Below, in pieces: positions 50,601 through 53,482 of a DNA stretch of 53,482 nucleotides. Position 1 is the stretch's first letter. Each line of letters begins with the position of its first letter. Below the pieces are notes generated by a model. That model saw only the letters and a program-made list of their open reading frames with translations, was not told where the DNA came from and made no database searches. The position numbers and the translations under genes are program-made. Source of the DNA: Proteromonas lacertae (taxonomy: Eukaryota); contig NGBS01000007.1 of the NCBI GenBank assembly GCA_002245135.1, positions 186,001-239,482 of the forward strand, given 5' to 3'.

Positions 50601-53482
50601 ATGGGAATATAGAAATCCAACAGGATGGAGAGTATATGGTTCATCAGAATATGGTACTAATGATTGGGAATTGATTGATACACAATTATCTGTTAACTTA
50701 CCATCAGCTAATGCAGTACAAACTAAGTTTAATCTAAATAATATTTACAAATCATACAATGCATTTAGATTACAAATAGCAGGTGTAAAACAACCAGAAA
50801 ATGGAGTTTATGGTTATCAAATGGCAGATTTATTACAATACAATTGTATACCAGCTTATTGTAATGCAACAGAAGATGGTAGATGGCCTTCAACAGCAGC
50901 TGGTTATACTGCCAGAATAGCATGTAATTCAACTCAAAGTGGATGGATTTCTCGTAAATGTGTAGCTAATTCAGATGGAGTAACAGCAAATTGGGAAAAT
51001 GAAATAGCTGGATGTCAAAGTCATGCAACATCTATTTCCTATACACCAACAACATTTAAAGTAGGATTTGCTAGTTCTGTTTCACCAACTACTAATGGTG
51101 GTGTAAATAGCTATTATATATCATGTTCAAATGGTTTACCAATGGGTATTTCATTTGAATCAGAAACTGGTATATTATCTGGTATAGCTATGATTGAGAA
51201 TGATAATGAAGCTAAAACATATTCATGTGATGTTACAGGAACAACAGAAGATGGTAAAGAATTAAAAGCATCAGTTGCTATTACTGTTATAATTGTATAT
51301 TGCTATAGAGATGGAACATGGCCACAAACAAAAGCTGGTGATTCTGCTTCAATTGCATGTGAAAATGGTTATTCAGGAAATAGAACTAGAAGATGTTCAA
51401 CTACACTATGAATCTTCATGGGAAGGTGAAGATACATCTGGATGTAAATTATTACCACCAGAATTCACAGTTTTCGTTAAATGACCAAATCAATACAGAA
51501 TTTGCAGTTACTGCAGGATCAACTAGTCCATTGACAGCCGCAGTTATATCTGGAAGACAAGTAACCACTTGGAGTAAAGATGATCCACAGAATGTATGTA
51601 AATTAACCTCAAGTTCGACTACAGCTCAATTAACATGTGAGACTCCAAATGTTGGATTATATGAATTTAGTTTAACAGCTGCAAATGGAGATTCATCATA
51701 TACTCAAGCATTAAAGATTCAAGCATTTACTTCAACAGGAACAATTGCATATATAAACAAAGCATTTACACTTTATAAAGATATTGAAGTAGATTGTTCT
51801 AAGAGTTTCACAGTAGTGTAGTATTTGTATCTGGAGCTGTTACTTCTCTTACAATAACACCACAAGATTATGTTGTTTCACCAATCACTGGATGTTTTAA
51901 AGGAATACCAAAGGAAGTTGGCACAAAAACATATACACTTTCAATTAATGGTGTTGCAGAACCTATTACTATAAATGTACAACAAGCTACATGTAGTCTT
52001 CCTGGTTCAGGAACTGTTCCTGCAGGTGAATATTATTCTTCAGACTGTCCTCTACCACAAATTGGTAAAATCAGTAGATATTGTCCATTGAAGTATAATC
52101 CAACATTAGAAGATCCTATTAGTACATGTGAAATCCAAATCCAACATCCTCTCTTATTCGATTAGTTATATAAATCATATAAAACGTTCCAATCACAATG
52201 TAGTTCCAGTAATAGTAGGTAATAAGAATAATATTACATATTCAGTAAATCTGGAACATTACCACCAGGTGTAGAATTAAATACAGATGGTTCAATAGGA
52301 GGTGCACCCAACAGAACAAAAACTTATTCAGATATAGTAATAAGTGCATTTGGAATCAAGAATAACTACTACTTTGACAATTGTAGTTGGCAGATGCAAT
52401 GTGTGCAGCTATTCCAGGTAGAGATTTACCATCAGGTGAAGCTGGTACAGAAGTAACAAAGCCATGTCCAGAAGGTTATAATGGTCATATAATTATTAGA
52501 TGTCCATATACAGCAAATCCATCATGGGGTGATGAAGATGATTCAGGTTGTACAACTCCAGCTCCAGAAGTATGGGGAATGAAATGAAGGATGGTTATGT
52601 AACATTCAGTGTAGGTTTCTATAAATCATTACCACCAAGGAGAACAAGTGGTGGTATGCCAACATGAATTTTCGCTTTATGACTGGGTACATTAAATTAG
52701 GTTATTACATTGAATAAAAACACTGGTCATTTACAAGGTATGAGTTCAGTAGAAAACTTTCCCAGTGATATTATAATTTTGGGTAAAAACAATGTAGGTC
52801 AAAAAGAAACAAAATTTAAGATTAGAGTTGTATTAGCTGTATGTCCAGAAGAAGGTGAATGGCCAGAAACAAGAGCTGGTTCACAAGCTGTATTAGCATG
52901 TACTGATTCAACAAAAGTAGGTCAAAGAAGTAGATATTGTCCAAATGTTGAAGATCCAAAATGGCAAAGTCCAGTAGGTAGATGTATGGTAGATGTTCCA
53001 TCATTCCAATATGCTTCAAAAGATAATAATTCTATTGATGTACCATTTGAAGTAAGTCCAACTAATGTTCAAGGTGAACCAGATTCTTATAGATTACATG
53101 ATTTATCTCCAGCATTACCAAAAGGATTATCACTTGATGAAACAACGGGTAAAATATCTGGTAAAGTATCAACAACAGTTCCTCGTGGTAGTGATGTATA
53201 TTATTGTTGTTGCTCACAATGCTCAAAGGTGATTCTATTCGTCAATTAATCTCATTGAATATCGAAACATTCCAATGTAATGGTGAAGGTGTATGGATTA
53301 CTACTGATTATGGTTCAGAAGCTGCTGTTTTATGTCCAACTGGATTCTTAGGTACTGAAGTAAGACCATGTAATTCATTTACTGTTAGTGGATCAGTTCC
53401 AATTGGTAGATGGGGAACTCCAAATAATTCAAGTTGTGTGGCTGTAGATGATAAAGAAATACCAACCAGAAAAAGTATATCT
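41686..53482 (+). CDS. Giant secreted/surface protein (>3,900 aa, runs off the window): putative-Ig (He_PIG-like) repeats, PA14 domains, discoidin/F5-8C-like domains and Cys-Trp HRM-like repeats
   Basis: Signal peptide MSKVWKVTLLLLCFLLIT with an in-frame 33-nt intron (41741-41773). Repeated LPxG(L/I/V)S(I/L)DxxTGxISGTP; PA14-like FTGYINIPAGGEWQFKIQGDD and WKGYLNIPEAGEYTF; EEASKAIDNNHGTK; CPEDGLWPATLAG...C...W. ORFs are separated only by single-base frameshifts. Confidence 0.85.

Noticed and set aside
45480..53482. Giant gene as a pseudogene, several genes, or a programmed frameshift case
   Set aside because: The duplicate copy (PFKASL versus PFTxSL) places the 45490 shift about 30 nt before the stop. 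Shifts go in both directions, and their density rises sharply toward the window end, as expected from falling read coverage.
1..53482. Prokaryotic systems (CRISPR, operons, defence islands), rRNA, tRNA, transposons
   Set aside because: Intron-containing eukaryotic genes tile nearly the whole window. No spaced repeats, cloverleafs, transposase/RT motifs or terminal repeats were recognised.

Overview
This window is eukaryotic, not prokaryotic. It is very AT-rich and gene-dense, uses the standard genetic code, and carries many tiny spliceosomal introns (mostly 25-50 nt, nearly all GTAT...TAG). Intron size, compactness and the giant Ig/PA14/Cys-repeat surface protein point to an anaerobic gut stramenopile of the Blastocystis/Opalinata type; this taxonomy is inference. 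I reconstructed 15 genes by splicing by eye. In order they are: an EF-hand-like/beta-hairpin-repeat protein (runs off the left edge), an IQ-motif protein, BTB paralogue 1, a Tul1/FLY-like RING-H2 E3 ligase, endonuclease G, a membrane-anchored GH95-like glycosidase, a polycystin/REJ-like receptor containing a tetraspanin-like module, a CHD-like protein with a degenerate SNF2 ATPase, a pseudokinase-LRR protein, YbeY, an ERMP1-like M28 peptidase, BTB paralogue 2, Sam50, ARS2/SERRATE, and a >3,900-aa surface protein built from a duplicated ~4.85 kb cassette (runs off the right edge). The most interesting signals are: (1) the CHD-like pseudo-ATPase, with a PHD finger and a zf-4CXXC_R1-like finger nested inside its first chromodomain; (2) a candidate U12-type AT-AA intron in that gene; (3) the polycystin-tetraspanin chimera; (4) a 204-nt structured first intron in ARS2; (5) a GH95 variant with altered catalytic motifs. 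Single-base frameshifts cluster at 23.8-30.4 kb and beyond 51.4 kb and most likely are long-read consensus errors. No rRNA, tRNA, CRISPR array or mobile element was recognised. All family assignments rest on motif recognition from memory, not database searches.
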